Part shown: in pieces, positions 14,244 to 28,181 of the stretch
Layout of the letters: each line of letters begins with the position of its first letter
Position numbering within the stretch: position 1 is the stretch's first letter
NCBI RefSeq assembly: GCF_009914755.1
Contig: NC_060927.1
Reading direction: 5' to 3' (one strand)
DNA length: 64,000 bases
Source: the human T2T-CHM13v2.0 reference genome, Homo sapiens
The notes under the pieces: generated by a model
Told to the model about the DNA's origin: nothing
Database searches by the model: none
The model's input: the letters and a program-made list of their open reading frames with translations, nothing else
Made by a program: the position numbers and the translations under genes

Positions 14244-16534
14244 AGGCAGGGATTCTTTTCCTGCGTTATTTATTATTTACCTGTTAGAAACTAATGTATG
14301 TCTCTCTGTAAATGCATGAGTTAAAAAATAAACGAATAAATGAATGAGAGAGACTAGTGATATTTTGTTGAGAAATTGGGCGTATGTTTGCTATAATCTA
14401 TTATGAGCAAAACTATTTTAGAATTGAATTTTTCAAATTGACTTATATACAGTTGATTTTATATTCTCAACTAAGTTTACATCGATATCAAATTTGAAAC
14501 CTCAGCGGCATTCAATTGATTTGTTGGTTTTAGATAAAAAGAAATCTCATGGAAGATGTTGTGCCTGTGTTAATACATAGCCACTGAAGGGACCAATTTT
14601 TCAATAAAGCCATGTTTTCTGATTTATATATTCATTAGGTTGGCAGTGGACATTTATGTAGTTGTGGGGTTAGTTATACAGCACCCTTTTGGGAATGGTC
14701 ATCCTTTTGTCATTAGAAGCGATAGGGTTGAAATTGTTCCATAAAGATAAAGATGTTTCTAATGTATTTATGGGGAAGAAGGGGCAAAGATGGAAAAGAG
14801 TTACAAATGTAAGAATTATACCATTCAGAATTGTAAGTCTGAATCTGTATCTTTGAATGTGTATGGCTTAAAACAGCCATAAACGGCATAGTACTATTTT
14901 CCAACAGCACAGTCTGTCTGTCTGTACTCCTAGGAAGATCTAGCAGCACATTAAGGATAATTTTCCTCATCAACTAAGCATTCTTAAAACTAATTTAGAT
15001 AAAAACTATCAAATAAAATTTAAAATGTAACCCCCTCCTAACCAAAATATGCAGAGATGATATCAGATTACAGTGCAGCAGTTAATTTTCTCTCCAAAAT
15101 TTAGTTTCAACCGAGCAAGAAATGTGTTCCCTGTATTGATACAGAAAGTAGAGGCAATCTTTGCCTATAGCTTGATTTTATACTCGTTATATTAAATAAA
15201 GAGAAATGTGCATTTTTCTGTATTGGCTAATTTAGAATGATTTGCATAAGGTTAAAATACAGAGTTACTATAACTGGCAATTTGTGTTACTTATAATACG
15301 GTTCTGACTTTTATTATCTTTGATAAATAAATTGAGCTTTAGAGTAGTTACTTTATGAATAATTCTTTTTCAAATATAAAGAATCTGTTTTCCATAAGTC
15401 AAATAACTATACCAGTTTTTAAAGAAACATATAATGTTGGTATGTTCTCTAACCTCATGGCATGTTAGTAAATTAAAATATTATTTAATTAATATTAATT
15501 ATCAGCCAATATCTGATAATGAATAAAAAGATGATTTATCATTATTATATGATAGTGGTGATGAAGGGTACATTCCAATTACTCTTTCAATTGTAATAAT
15601 ACAGGCACATTTGTCCCCTACAAAAATCACCTGAAGAGGCAAAGTAAGAGGAGCATGTGATAGGTTGGGAAGTTTAAAATCTACCTACTAAAAATAAATG
15701 AATGTATAAATATTTTCAGAGTGAGGTAGGCCATTGCTTTTTGTTGTTGTTTGAATTGAATATTGGACTTGCTCTAGATATAACAGCTACAGCCCCATAG
15801 GAGAATGTTCTCATGTGGCTTATTGCCTTTAAAATAATTTACTTGAAAATCTTAATCTCCACTAAGAAAATAGCCCAGATCCTCTACATATCTTAAATAT
15901 ATTACAAACCTGTAACTTTTAAATATTTCCCAGTTACATTAGTCAGTGCCACCCAATTTATATCTATGGCTTTCATTCACATGAAGGAAAAGGGTAACTG
16001 TTGGGGAGTTCTGAACTTTCCAGCATTTACAGAATCCTAGTGGGCTGATTACTTAGTGGAGGGAGAAGCAAGGTGAATAGGTGAGTATGGGCATGAGAGA
16101 AAGTGAATATGAGCAGTTATGGGAATTGGATGACCAAGATGTTAGGGAAGCTATTGAAGGCAGTACTATTTTAATTGTTTTATCTATATGTGTTCAATCA
16201 ACAATTATGACTATATCGATATAATTCAGAGACTGAAAAATATTGTGGTTTAGCCACCCAGATAGTCTGGCAAATATGGATATAACAGGGTTTGTGTGGT
16301 AGATAATTGTTTTGAAAAATTAGTATGCGGTAAGTCTCAGAATAAAGTTACACTGACTACTATTCATTCATTGGTGAATAAAAATGCACTTAGACAACTT
16401 GTGTTCCTCCTGGTCCAGGTTTCTCCACCTTGGGGAGAGAGTAAAATAGTTCCACTTATAGTGAAAGGAGGGATTCAACTGGAAATCTGGCAGGGCCTGA
16501 CTGCTTAGAAGTTCTAGGTAAAGAAAGTCTACAC

Positions 16535-16695
16535 CAGTGGCTCCCAAGCTTCACTGGGCATATTAATCTTTGATAAAAATGTAGACTTTACTGGGGCCCT
16601 ATCTCCAAAGAATCTGATTCAGTAGGTCATAGGATGCAACATCTGTAATTTTAACAAGCATCTCAGGTGGTCTAAGGCTAATGTTTCATGTCTCT
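16535..16695. mobile_element. MER5-family hAT-Charlie MITE
   Basis: cagtggctcccaagc...agaatctgattcagtaggtc...ttttaacaagcatctcaggtg. Confidence 0.75.
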
Positions 16696-18616
16696 AGTTG
16701 AGCTTAAACCCACAATATTTACATGAGGTACTTAAAAAGTAGGGAGAGAGCAACAGAGAGAGAGACAGACAGAAAGAGAGAACAAAGAGAGAAATAAAAG
16801 GAAAACCTTGAAAACACCCTGAATTGGACTCTAAGGCAAAAGTTGTCAGTAAGTTTTCAAAAAGTATAAGGTACTGTCTCTTCTCTACTTCAGTGCTATT
16901 TTTCATATTTTGAGTATATTTTACTAAATGATATTCCATACTTTTAAGGAGCATAGTAATAGATCAGAAAAAGTTAATTCCAACTGCAGAAGATATTATT
17001 CAGCCACATCATAATTTGTAAGTACAGATAAATGGCAAATAGCATTAAATCCTAACTTTGTAGTTTAAATGGCAGAATCATGCACTGCTAGAAATAAAAA
17101 TAATACCTTTCAATTAGGAATTGTTCCTGTTTGACAAAAATGATCTATTTTTCTTAACATAGAAATTAATATATGCCTTTAAAACAAGTTCTACATGTAA
17201 AATATTAGTAAAGAGATCCATCAACTTAATGAAAATGATCAATAATCTTTAGCTTTGTGAGAGGATAGTATTTTGGATTGTATATGCATGCAAACTAATG
17301 GCCAATGGCAAAGGTTGTTTGGTTTTACTCCCTGGGCATCAGAAACTAGTAGTCTTTCATTTTAAGAAAAACTGAAGATCTCTTTAAATCTATACCCCAA
17401 ATCTACCATTAAGAGGACAGTTTTTCTGTATTTTAAGTAAGAAATGGGTGAAAATATCTGTCTGTAGTAAGCCACGTTTGCTGGTGTTCAGTAAGCTAAC
17501 CTCAGCACATCAATGTAAACCCAGTCTTCTTGGTGTAGAAAAAGAAATTATCACAGGTATTGGGAGACACATAGCACAAAAGAAAGTATTTCCTTCAACT
17601 TCTACTCCCCAATATTTTTTTAGTGGCTTTTACTGGAATTAAAATACGTATCCTACAAACGAGGCTTTAATTCATTGTCTCTTTGACTGAAATTTTTTTT
17701 TGCTGTTTGCATCAGATGTTCAACAGAGGACAAATTACAGTTTCAGACTGTATCAAGTATTCCAGCAGGCAGAGGCATCTGATTCAGATAAATTGAGCAC
17801 ACATTTGAAAGAAAGTCTTTTATTCTAGACACGGCTGACTTCATTGCTAGCTCTGATGTTCAGCAATAGATCTAGAGGCTGGAAGACAGGAAATGCTGAC
17901 CAGTACAAATGCATTTCAGTGTGTGAAGTATGCTAGATTATCAGAAAGTATATTTAGAGAAAGCCTTCCTAGGTTTTAATAGACATCCTTACTTTTGTGT
18001 CAAATAATGTAATTATTATACATGTAATGAATATACATGTTACCATTATCTCTTCTAATCTGTTATTAAGTTGCATGTATTTATATTGTTTAAAATCTCT
18101 GTTTTAAAATAAATTCATTTACATATATTTCCTCTTGCTTTCAAATCCAATAACTATGAATTCCATGAAATTCAGAGCTATATCTTCACAAAAACCTAAT
18201 AAAGTACATCTTCCCTAGATGGTGCTTAATGACTAAGTGTTGAAAGAATAAATACTTGCTCAGTTTGAGGCAGCCTGGGAAATTAAAAAGAACTAGAAAA
18301 GCAAACAGGGCCTGGAAGCTGGTTTTAGATAACAAATTTATCGCCAAATTTATCTCAGTTTTCCGACAGTTTCAACAAAAAGGGGGCTGTTTTGGTTTTG
18401 GTTTTGACTGTTCAGTAAAAGGAGCATCCAGGATGAGAAATTTATCTGGCTCTGAATTTAAGAATGTATCAATAGAATGGTTAAAAAGAGAGGTAAACAT
18501 AATAGACTATCATTCTCCTTCTGAGTTTCTTAATTTATATTTGGTGATTGATTTCATGGTTGATGCAAAAATTAGAACATTCATTGTGGTGCTTAATACA
18601 TGCAGAGAAAGTACAC

Positions 18617-19160
18617 TGTGATCGAATGAAAAATACCTGTTTGGTCTCTGCCTCCAGTTCCTGGCACAGAGCTACTAAAACTATTGTGAAGTCCTGGTGC
18701 ACTTAGCATCTTAAACTCCAATATTTGGTCTTTGAACCCATTTCTTGACACAGAACTCCTAATACCTTAGAATTTCCTAGGTGATATGAGGGTCCTTTGT
18801 TCTAATGAGGCAGCTCTTGGTAGACTCCTGGATGGAGGCTGGTGACCAGAAAGACCAAGCCATAATTAAGAGCTTGAAACTTTCAGCCCCACTATCCGAT
18901 TCTCCAGGAAGGGTAGGGAAGCTTGAGTTAATAATAGGTCATGTCTACACGATGAAGCTTCTATTAAAAATTCCTAAACTACAGGGTTCAGAGAGTTTCT
19001 GGGCTGCTGAACATGTGGTGATGCAGGGAAGATGACGTGTCCCGAAGAGGCTAGAAGCACCACACCCCTTACCACAGATTTCACCCTATGTGCCTCTTTA
19101 TCTGGCTGTTGATCTGTATTCTTTCTTATATACTTTATAATGAACCAGTAGATGTGGAAA
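18617..19160 (+). mobile_element. MER21-family ERVL LTR (partial)
   Basis: tttggtctctgcctccagttcctggcacagagctactaaaa and ggctggtgaccagaaagaccaagcc match recalled MER21 motifs. Confidence 0.8.
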
Positions 19161-19889
19161 AAAAGATGTATTAAGCTGGAATAGAGTTGCAAATGTATGA
19201 TTTTTTTCAAAAAGGACAAATACAATCTTTATATTTTTGTATTAGCCCTCAGTGATAACAGGAAGTATGAAATTAAATGTTTTCTCAGTGAAGATTTTAC
19301 ATTGAGGAGCCACTAGACGTAGACAGATCTTGATCTTTCTTTTCCTAGGGCTTGGCAAAATTCCTGGCACCTAAGAGCATCTCAGTAAATGTTACTTGAA
19401 TGGAAATATTTCAAGCTCAATTAAAAATCAAGTTGAAGATATTTCACTGGTTTTAATCCTCTGAAAGATAGCATAGCTCTACTGGTGGCTAAATTTATGT
19501 ATAATCTCTGAAACCCAGAAACTGTACAACAAGGCCATGCCTGGAACACAGTCTTGATGATACATCAAGAGTGACTCCCAGCTGGCTGGAGCCTGCATAT
19601 TCCTGTTTCGGTTCTTTTTCCTCCAGTAGAATGGTCTAGACAGAGGCCATGGGAACAGGCCTGGATACCGGAGTTAAGGTGTGATATGTCCAGTCACTAT
19701 CTTGAGCCTGGAGTGTTTAGGACACTGTTTAGGATACAAAAATTTTTAAGATTTGGGTGACATTCAAGAAAACATGAAATATTTGTTATCATAGGACCTT
19801 TCAATTTCAACCGTTCCTAAGAGTTAGCTGGAATTCACAAGAATAACATCTTGGTTTGTAATTTAAATAATGAAGACTGGTTGGATGGC

Positions 19890-20175
19890 CCACCGTGAGG
19901 AGGGGAGTCAGGGCTAGCTGCAGTGAAGGTGGGTGGGTCACGAGGGATGCACTGGAAAGCACGCGCCTCATGGGCAAGAGTGTAGGAAGTTGCCTCCCTC
20001 TCGTGGACTGAGAGAGGACAGGGTAGCCAACGAAATTCCGTGGTAAATGGCAGGCACATGTCTAAGCCAAACAGGCAGGAGGACGATTTGATTTGACTGA
20101 CTGACTGACTAGCTATTTAGTCTAAATTGAGCACGTGGACAATAAAAGGTTTTCTAATGCGTCCCCAGCGTGGGC
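19890..20175. promoter_or_regulatory. Candidate enhancer: local CpG enrichment with clustered bHLH boxes
   Basis: About 11 CpGs in ~280 bp outside any Alu. CACGAG at 19939, CACGCG at 19960, CTCGTG at 20000, CACATG at 20055, CACGTG at 20132. Confidence 0.35.
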
Positions 20176-20954
20176 CTATGCTAGTGATTGAACAAATGTG
20201 ATTTAGACTGCAGTGTAGTCTGAACTAAAATGGGTCAAAGAAATATGGAATGGCAAATAGCTTCTTGGCCATGTTCCCTGTTTTTCTTCAGGCACTAGAA
20301 AAATGCAAAAACATGACCACTGGATTTTTCCAATGATCTTGACAAAACAAAGTTTTGTGTTAAACAGAAAATTTATTCTTCTGCTTTTACTATAGAAAAG
20401 ACTTTGGTGTGAGTTTGTGTGTCTTTGTGCATGCAAATGCCCCTGAAGCATCTTAGTTCCCTCAGGCTAAACAGAGGCCCCACATCACAGGATTTTTTAG
20501 TGTTTAAAGTAAGTTAAAGTTTCTTCAGGGCTATAAGAATGACAGATTTTCTTTCCCACTGAGGTCCTGCCGACTTGCTTCAAGGATTTTAGTGTTCAAT
20601 TTCTATCTAGCTTTTCTAAATGTAGTTTTGAAGTGGATTATAAAGCTTTTAATCTACTAAGTATCCATAGTTTATTTTTCAACACAAAGGGCTTTCATTT
20701 GAATAATATCTGGAACCTCTCCCCACCCCCATTTTGACAGCTTTGTTTTTTGTTCTTTATTACATAAGGAGACACAGAGGGGATATAGGACAAGCAGATG
20801 AAAAAGGATGTGAAACGATCTTAGAGTTTGATGATACAATGTCACATACACAGTAATTACTGTGGAATGTCCCCAATGCCCAAGGTCAATTGGGGCTGGC
20901 ACGTGAAGGAACTCAGTAACTACTTGCTAAATGCAGGGATGCATGTATGATGGA

Positions 20955-21252
20955 TTTTTTTTTTTTTTTTGAGACCGAATCTCACTCTGCTGCCCAGGCT
21001 GGAGTGCAGTGGCGCTATGTCAGCTCACTGCAACCTCTGCCTCCCAGATTGAAGTGATTCTCATGCCTCAGCCTCCCAAGTAGCTGGGATTACAGGTGCA
21101 TGCCACCACATTGGGCTAATTTTTGTATTTTTAGTAGAGGTCGGGTTTCACCATGTTACCCAGGCTGGTCTCAACTTCCTGACCTGAAGTGATCCGTCCA
21201 TCTCAGCCTCCCAAAGTGCTGGGATTATAGACGTGAGCCACCACACCTGGCC
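20955..21252 (-). mobile_element. AluS, full length
   Basis: Antisense Alu. TSD tgatggattttt / tgatgaattttt. Confidence 0.96.
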
Positions 21253-21652
21253 TGATGAATTTTTAAATATTGTATTTTTAAGCTAAGAAGATGATTTTTG
21301 AAAAATATTCTCTGTCAGTATAAGAAAAACTAACATAACTATTTGAAGTTATAAATAGAAAGCATTTAAAAGACAGAAGCATGTGTAATTGTAGATTTTG
21401 GGGGTTATTAACATAAAACAAGAAATTATTTAAAAATTTTATTGTATTTCAATGTGGATTTATTATTATTTTTTAGTAGTAGAAGATGGTTTATGCATTT
21501 TGCATACATTTTTGTAGTAGTCTTTCAATCAAGTTAGAATGGCCTGATCATCTGTAAAAGCTTCTTCTCTTAATTGTCATCATCTCATTTCGGATATGGT
21601 ATTCCTTCAGCTGCACAGCCTGTCTCTTGGACCAGAGATCTTGGACAGTGAT

Positions 21653-22046
21653 GGTTATGGGCTGAACTGTTTCCCAAAAAAGTCATATGTTGCGTACCTA
21701 ACATCCAGTACCCCAGAATGTGACTCTATTTAGAGACAGGACCTCTAAAGATATAATTAAGGTAAAATGAGGTCATATGTGTAGGCTCTAATCCCATATG
21801 ACTGGTGCCATTATAAGAAAATGAGAGTAAAATATAGACAACACACAGACCAAGGGGCAGCCATGTGAGGACACAGTGGGACGATGGCCATCTGTAAGCC
21901 AAAGAAAGAGGCCTCAGAAGAAATCTAACCTGCCAACACCTGATCTTGGACTTCCCAGCCTCCAGAACTGTGAGAAAATAAATTTCACTTGTTTAAGCCA
22001 CCCAGTTTGTGGCATTTTGTTATGGCAGCACTATCAGACTAATACA
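21653..22046 (+). mobile_element. MaLR solo LTR (MLT1B-like)
   Basis: gttatgggctgaactg...cagaatgtgact...ccagcctccagaactgtgagaaaataaatttc...ctaataca. Possible 5-bp TSD gtgat / gtgac. Confidence 0.9.
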
Positions 22047-22130
22047 GTGACTCTCTTTTCATATTGGGCAGTCAAGAGACTTTCCAGTCTCATCCTGGAG
22101 GATGACTGGGCTGTCAGCTATTCCCCTTTA

Positions 22131-22567
22131 GCTGGATTCTAACTGCTTTTTGTTCCACAGACCTGTTAGGCGGTCTGATGAATCCTATGGATCCCTTCTC
22201 AAAGTGATGTTTAAATGTGTAAAATAAAATACATAAACTTAGAAAAGGAACCAACCTTATGTAAATACAGTTTTCAAAATATTTTTTACATGTAAGGCTT
22301 AAAATTATATGGGCATCCTTATTAGCCAGTGAATAATAACATCTAGCAAGGGAATATAATTTTAATAATATTTGGGGCTATAATTATAATGTGAAAATAT
22401 CTGTGGTTTCTATTAAGGACAAAGTCACAAGTACGATTTATCCTCCTGTGGTTTATTTCCAACATTCAAAATGGAAGACAATGAAAATTTTCAATTAGAG
22501 GTTAGTGATGATAAACATGTAATTTTCCCCCTCATCCAAGTTCCACAGACTAAAGTTAAGAATCCTT
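22131..22567. mobile_element. hAT-Charlie DNA transposon relic (MER119-like, subfamily uncertain)
   Basis: tctgatgaatcctatggatcccttctc...aaaataaaatacata, ending gttaagaatccttg. Confidence 0.6.
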
Positions 22568-23174
22568 GTCTTAGAGAAATAATAACAGCATGATCTCCAC
22601 TGTATAAAAAGCTTAGGATTAGAGACCACTAAGTAAAATGTACATTTTGGGTGATAAATTTGCACAGATCTATTCTATCTCTTAATCATTTCTCTTTGTG
22701 ACTAGTGGTATGTATTTGCAAGGAAGTGAAAAGAAGGAAGTAATCTGACATTAGGGGTAGAGAAAACCTAGCCTGAGCCCTAGGACTATTGCCGTTTATG
22801 ACTAGTGGATTTTTGAAGTGCTTAGGTGAAGATGTGGGCTACAGGCTTTGCAACTACTTATGTTTAGTAACCTCAGAAAGTCTTTAGGCTTTTGGTTTTC
22901 AAAGTAATATACTATTGGGGGTATAAATCACATCCCCTTTGTTACTCCTGTACCTGAGCAAGGAATTTTTCACAAGCCTCTTCACTTCCTGTCAGACTTT
23001 GCCATTCATGACATACCATGGATAGGAACAGCGTAGAAGGTGTTTGACCACTGCGGACATTGAATGTGTCTTTGGTGAGTCAGTATAAAAACTGAAGCCA
23101 TGGCAGTTATTATTTCTACATATGACAGTGACCCTCTGCCATCTGAACTTTACTTGCCAGGTAGAATCTGTGTC

Positions 23175-23345
23175 TGGAGCCTTAATTTGTAAGATCTGTA
23201 CTCAAGTCCTGACTCTACCACTGGACACTGAATATCTTTCACTTTTAGTCTATTCATTTGTAAAAGGGATATAATAAAAATACCTGTTCTGCTTTCTAAA
23301 AATATTTGTTTAAAGCATAAAATGTAGTGACACATGCAAAAGCCA
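23175..23345 (+). mobile_element. MIR SINE fragment
   Basis: tcaagtcctgactctaccact...tcatttgtaaaagggatataataaaaatacct. Confidence 0.65.
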
Positions 23346-24439
23346 TTAAATGTAAGTGATGAAGTACAATGCTAATGTAAGGCAATAATACATTTAAAAT
23401 AAACATAGTGAACATTATACTAGAAACTTCAAGTTAATGTAGCAAGACTTATTATTTATTCCAAATAATTTTGAACAAAAAAGTACCATTATTTTTAAAT
23501 GAGAAAATATTATGATTTTAAACCTTTATTAATAAAAACAGAATCCTCATAATGCCCTGCTTTTTTAAACAGTTGTGCTTTCAATTAGGCTTATAATATT
23601 AACAGGATAGAGACCCTAGATATAAGGAAGCTTCTTCCTCTCTGAAGTTCTAGCAAGAATTCAGCACTTCAGTTCAACATTTTATCTAATCTAATGACAG
23701 TTTTTATTTTCACAAGATTAGGAAGCAACCTCAGATATGACTTTGTAAATGAAATATAACTACTCAGAAAGAAGTTAGGAGATGCTTACAAAGAGTTTAG
23801 TGCTGGTCAGGCTGGGGTAGATAAGAGTTTTAAAAGCTTAACATGTGCCTTAAAAGCCTCTCAAAAAAAAATCCCTGAGAAAATTTTAAAACTGAAGATA
23901 ATGATTGATGAATGTGATAAGATTCTAAGTATAGCAGTAGTGATAAAGAGTTGAAAAATCAAACTGATTCTCCTGGAAGGCAGTAACATATTTAAAAATG
24001 TCAAGTTGGTAGGGGTTCTTAAAGGAAACAAGATGTATAATTTTTGAACAGTAGGTTATGATGGCTGTGGAAGTGGTAATTTTGACAGTGCATTTGTGGT
24101 GGTTGAGTCGGAACAGGTCAATTAGCTTTTACAAAATGCGTTTTGCCTTAGTAACTTAACCACCGAATATTTATATATCACAGTTTAAAAGATTTGGGTA
24201 TGCTTCATTTTACTTTAAAAATTTAGCAAGATTTAATTAATTCTAATTAATTAAAATAATGTTCAGGGTTTGTTTGTTTGCATTCATCAAATTGAAACAC
24301 TTCTTGCAATTCAGAATAATTAATGAGGAGACTAAATTCAACAATAATTACAGATTTTTAAAGGGAAATTGTTGGTTTACATTGCTGTGTGAAAAATATG
24401 GAGCACTGCTAAAAATAGTGTGGTTTTAAAAGCTATTCT

Positions 24440-25580
24440 ATGATTCCAGAGCTGGGGCAGGAAAACATAAGATGAGCCTGGGGCATCTTTTGTTGCCAGA
24501 AAATAAAAATGTGCTAAAAGAGAAAAATGGGGCATTTCAAAAAGGCTTAGACACTAATGGGAAAGAGCTCCCAGTGGCCAAAGTTGGAACAACTTAAACA
24601 ACATTATAAATAGCATAAACAAAAACATAAAATAAGCAAATAGAAAATTTTGGATTAAACTCAAAAACTAAAATAAATATCTATGAATACATACTGACAA
24701 AAATATATAGGTGAATAAATGCATAAATGTCATGGAAGTGAGAACTCTTCATTACCAAGGAATTGCAAAGAATTAATACAGAAAGAATGAGGGAAATAGA
24801 AAATCAGCATTTGGACACCAAAGTAATAATTGCTTTAGCCAAGTGGATATTCAAATTGGTGAGTAAAACTTTAAATAAGAATAGGATATTTGCCTAGTCC
24901 CCAAGTATCTCGCTCCCAAATAATAACAAAGGAACAAATAACCGTACAATGTTGAATCTTGGCAGACACTACATTAACCAAGTGATCGATTTTAATTACT
25001 AGTACTGTGTGATCAAATTTAATTACTAGTACATAAAGTGATCAAATTTAATTACTAGTACATAATATCTGTGGATATCATGTACCTTCTCATATGATAC
25101 ACAGAAAAGGGCACAGGACCTCTCTGATATCCTTGCCAACAATAACTAAACTCATTCTAATAATGAGAAAACATTAGATAGACCAAATTGTGGGACGGTC
25201 CATGAAATTTCTGGCCATTATTATTCAAAACCTTCAGAGACATAAAGGACAAGGACAGACTGAGAAACTGTCAGAGACTGGAAGAGACAAAGGAGACATC
25301 ACAACTAAATGAAATGCAGGGTCCCAGATTAAATCCTAAAACAGAGAAAAAAAAAAAGTGAAAAAAACCCTGCAGAAACTTGAGTAAGTTCTGTACTCTA
25401 GTTAATACCAGTAGTATTGTATCAGCGCTAACTTCTTAGTTGTGATAAATAGGCTATGGTTATGTAAGGTGCTATCATAAAGGGAACCTGGGTGAAGGGC
25501 ATGTGGGAACTTTCTGTACTATTTTTGCCACTCTTCTATTAAGTCTAAAATTATCTCAACCTTAAATTTTTTTAAAATAA
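24440..25580 (+). mobile_element. L1MC-type 3' UTR fragment
   Basis: aaagagctcccagtggccaaagttggaacaa; taatgagaaaacattagatagaccaaattg; tgggaactttctgtactatttttg...tctaaaattat. Confidence 0.85.
24982..25065. repeat. Three-copy 27-29-bp minisatellite inside the L1MC
   Basis: gtgatc(aa/ga)..ttaattactagtac units start at 24982, 25009 and 25038. Confidence 0.9.
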
Positions 25581-25617
25581 AAGCTCTTATAATAAAATGT
25601 ACATATCCAATTTTAAG

Positions 25618-25830
25618 ATAACAGCTAACATTTGTGTAGCAGTATGTACCAGGCATTGTTACAAATGCTTTACATATATTGACTTATATAATTTCTGCAA
25701 TAGTAGCTGCCATTAACATCACCATTTTATAGATGAGAAAACTGAGGCAAACAGAGAGTTTACAGTAGAGCTGGGACTTCAACCTGGAATTTTACTTCTG
25801 GAATATGTACTCTTAACTACTGTTATATGG
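25618..25830 (-). mobile_element. MIR SINE
   Basis: acagctaacattt...tatgtaccaggcattg...cattttatagatgagaaaactgaggc. Confidence 0.8.
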
Positions 25831-25846
25831 TCTTCAAATTAACTGA

Positions 25847-26203
<357 letters not shown>

Positions 26204-26204
26204 A

Positions 26205-26800
26205 AAATGCATAACATATAATATTGTTTTGCAGCAGGCTTTTTCATTAAACACTATATCATAAATACCTTTCTGTATCTATAAAAATGTTCTGCATTAT
26301 TTTTAATATGAAAAAATTTAATTCCTTGAATATATAAGACTTCGTATAATCAAGTATCTTTTTGAAAAATTGGCTCGATTATCTCAGAAAAAATACTGCT
26401 ATGAAGATCATTGTGTACAAATTCTTGTGTCATTTTCCATTCACACATTCATGCATTTATCTGTCTTTTATTTGTTCATATAAATGAATATAAATATATA
26501 TACTTATATATGTGTATATATATATATACACATACATATATAAGTGTGTGTATATATATACACATACATATATAAGTGTGTATATATATATTTAACCTAC
26601 TGTGCTTCAGGCTCTGTGTAGGTAATAGGGATATAGCAGAGAAGAAAACAATTATCCCTTGCACTAAGGATCTCATATTTCGTAGGATAAATTCCTGGAA
26701 ATGGAATTGCTGAATCAAGAGTTATGTGGATATTTACACCTTTTGACTCACTCAGCATATTGTTGCCTAAGAAAGTGGGGAAATTGACAGTTCCGTCAGA
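26205..26800 (-). mobile_element. Old L1ME-type 3' fragment
   Basis: actgctatgaagatcattgtgtaca; taggataaattcctggaaatggaattgctgaatcaaga. Confidence 0.65.
26478..26590. repeat. (TA)/(CA)/(TG) compound microsatellite with a 32-bp duplicated unit
   Basis: tatatatacacatacatatataagtgtg occurs twice. Internal inverted arms cttatatatg / catatataag. Confidence 0.9.
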
Positions 26801-26813
26801 AATGTCTTATTGA

Positions 26814-27130
<317 letters not shown>

Positions 27131-27139
27131 TTATTGAGT

Positions 27140-27730
27140 TCAGGTAAACTGATTCCTCAATACTTTTTCTCTCTGTTCTTCAGACTGAACAATTTCTATT
27201 GATCTGTCTTCAAGTTCACTGGGTCTAATGCCATCTTCAATCTGCTATTAATCTCATCCACTGAAATTTTAATTCAGATATTGTATTTTTCAGTTCTAAA
27301 AGATTCATTTTTAAAATAGTTTCTATATCGCAGCTGACATATCATTGTATTAATGCTGAGCATGGTTTTCCTCACATCCTTGAGCATAGTTATAATAGCT
27401 GTTTAAAATCCTTGTCTACGAAAGTTCAACATGTGGGTCACTTTAGAATCAATTTTCATTAGTTGCCTCTTCTATTGAATATTGATGACTTTTTTCTGTG
27501 TGTTTTTTTTTTTATCTAATTTGGATTATATTCTGGGCATCATGAATGATACACTGTGGAGACTCTGGATTCAGTTATGTTCTTCCAAATGTGTGGAGTC
27601 TTGAATCCTCTGGAATCTGCCCATTTGTAGTTTTTGTTCAATGTCTTCAGATAGTTTTGCATGTTTTCTAGAATTTCTAGTTGTCATCTTTGAGACAGTT
27701 GTTCCAATAGGAGCCACTTAGCCATGATGA
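27140..27730 (-). mobile_element. Old L1M/HAL1-like fragment
   Basis: ttctattgatctgtcttcaagttcactg...tctgctattaatctcatccactgaaatttt...ttttcagttcta. Confidence 0.65.
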
Positions 27731-28145
27731 GAAACAAAATTTCATGTAAATGAATTCTTAAAAGCATTTCTCAAGTGTATTTTAAAATACTTTGAGCATC
27801 AGAGTATTATTTTGCAGACGGAAAATTATTTGGACATATAAGTTCTTTAAACTTTGTTTAAATTTTATTTCTTTGTAGCTATATCCTATAAGCAAGCATA
27901 GTTTTTCTTTCTCATCTTAAAAATATATTGTGTGTGAAAATCCAAAAAGATTTTCTTCTTTGCAAAAGTAGATCAACCTTAAAAATATAAATTTAGGTAA
28001 ATACCTAATTTAAAGTGAGCTACAGAAGTTTTTAGGTAACTTTAACTGAATGATACATAACTGAAGAAATATATTGCTCACATGTAGATTGTGTGGTTGT
28101 ACAAGATAGAATGTAAAAAGAAATAAAATCAAATGTAGACCTTTT

Positions 28146-28181
28146 CTAGACTTGATCTTAACCAAAAGGCCAAAAAATGAT
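28146..28181 (-). pseudogene. Tailless, 3'-truncated U2 snRNA retropseudogene
   Basis: Reverse complement ATCATTTTTTGGCCTTTTGGTTAAGATCAAGTCTAG matches 30/36 of U2 nt 1-36. Degenerate 17-bp TSD at 28132-28148 and 28183-28199 (14/17). Confidence 0.88.

Noticed and set aside
18256-18621. 121-aa ORF
   Set aside because: Starts at TTG rather than ATG and has no recognisable homology.
24982-25065. Short repeated units resembling a CRISPR array
   Set aside because: Units are contiguous with no unique spacers, in mammalian DNA with no cas genes.
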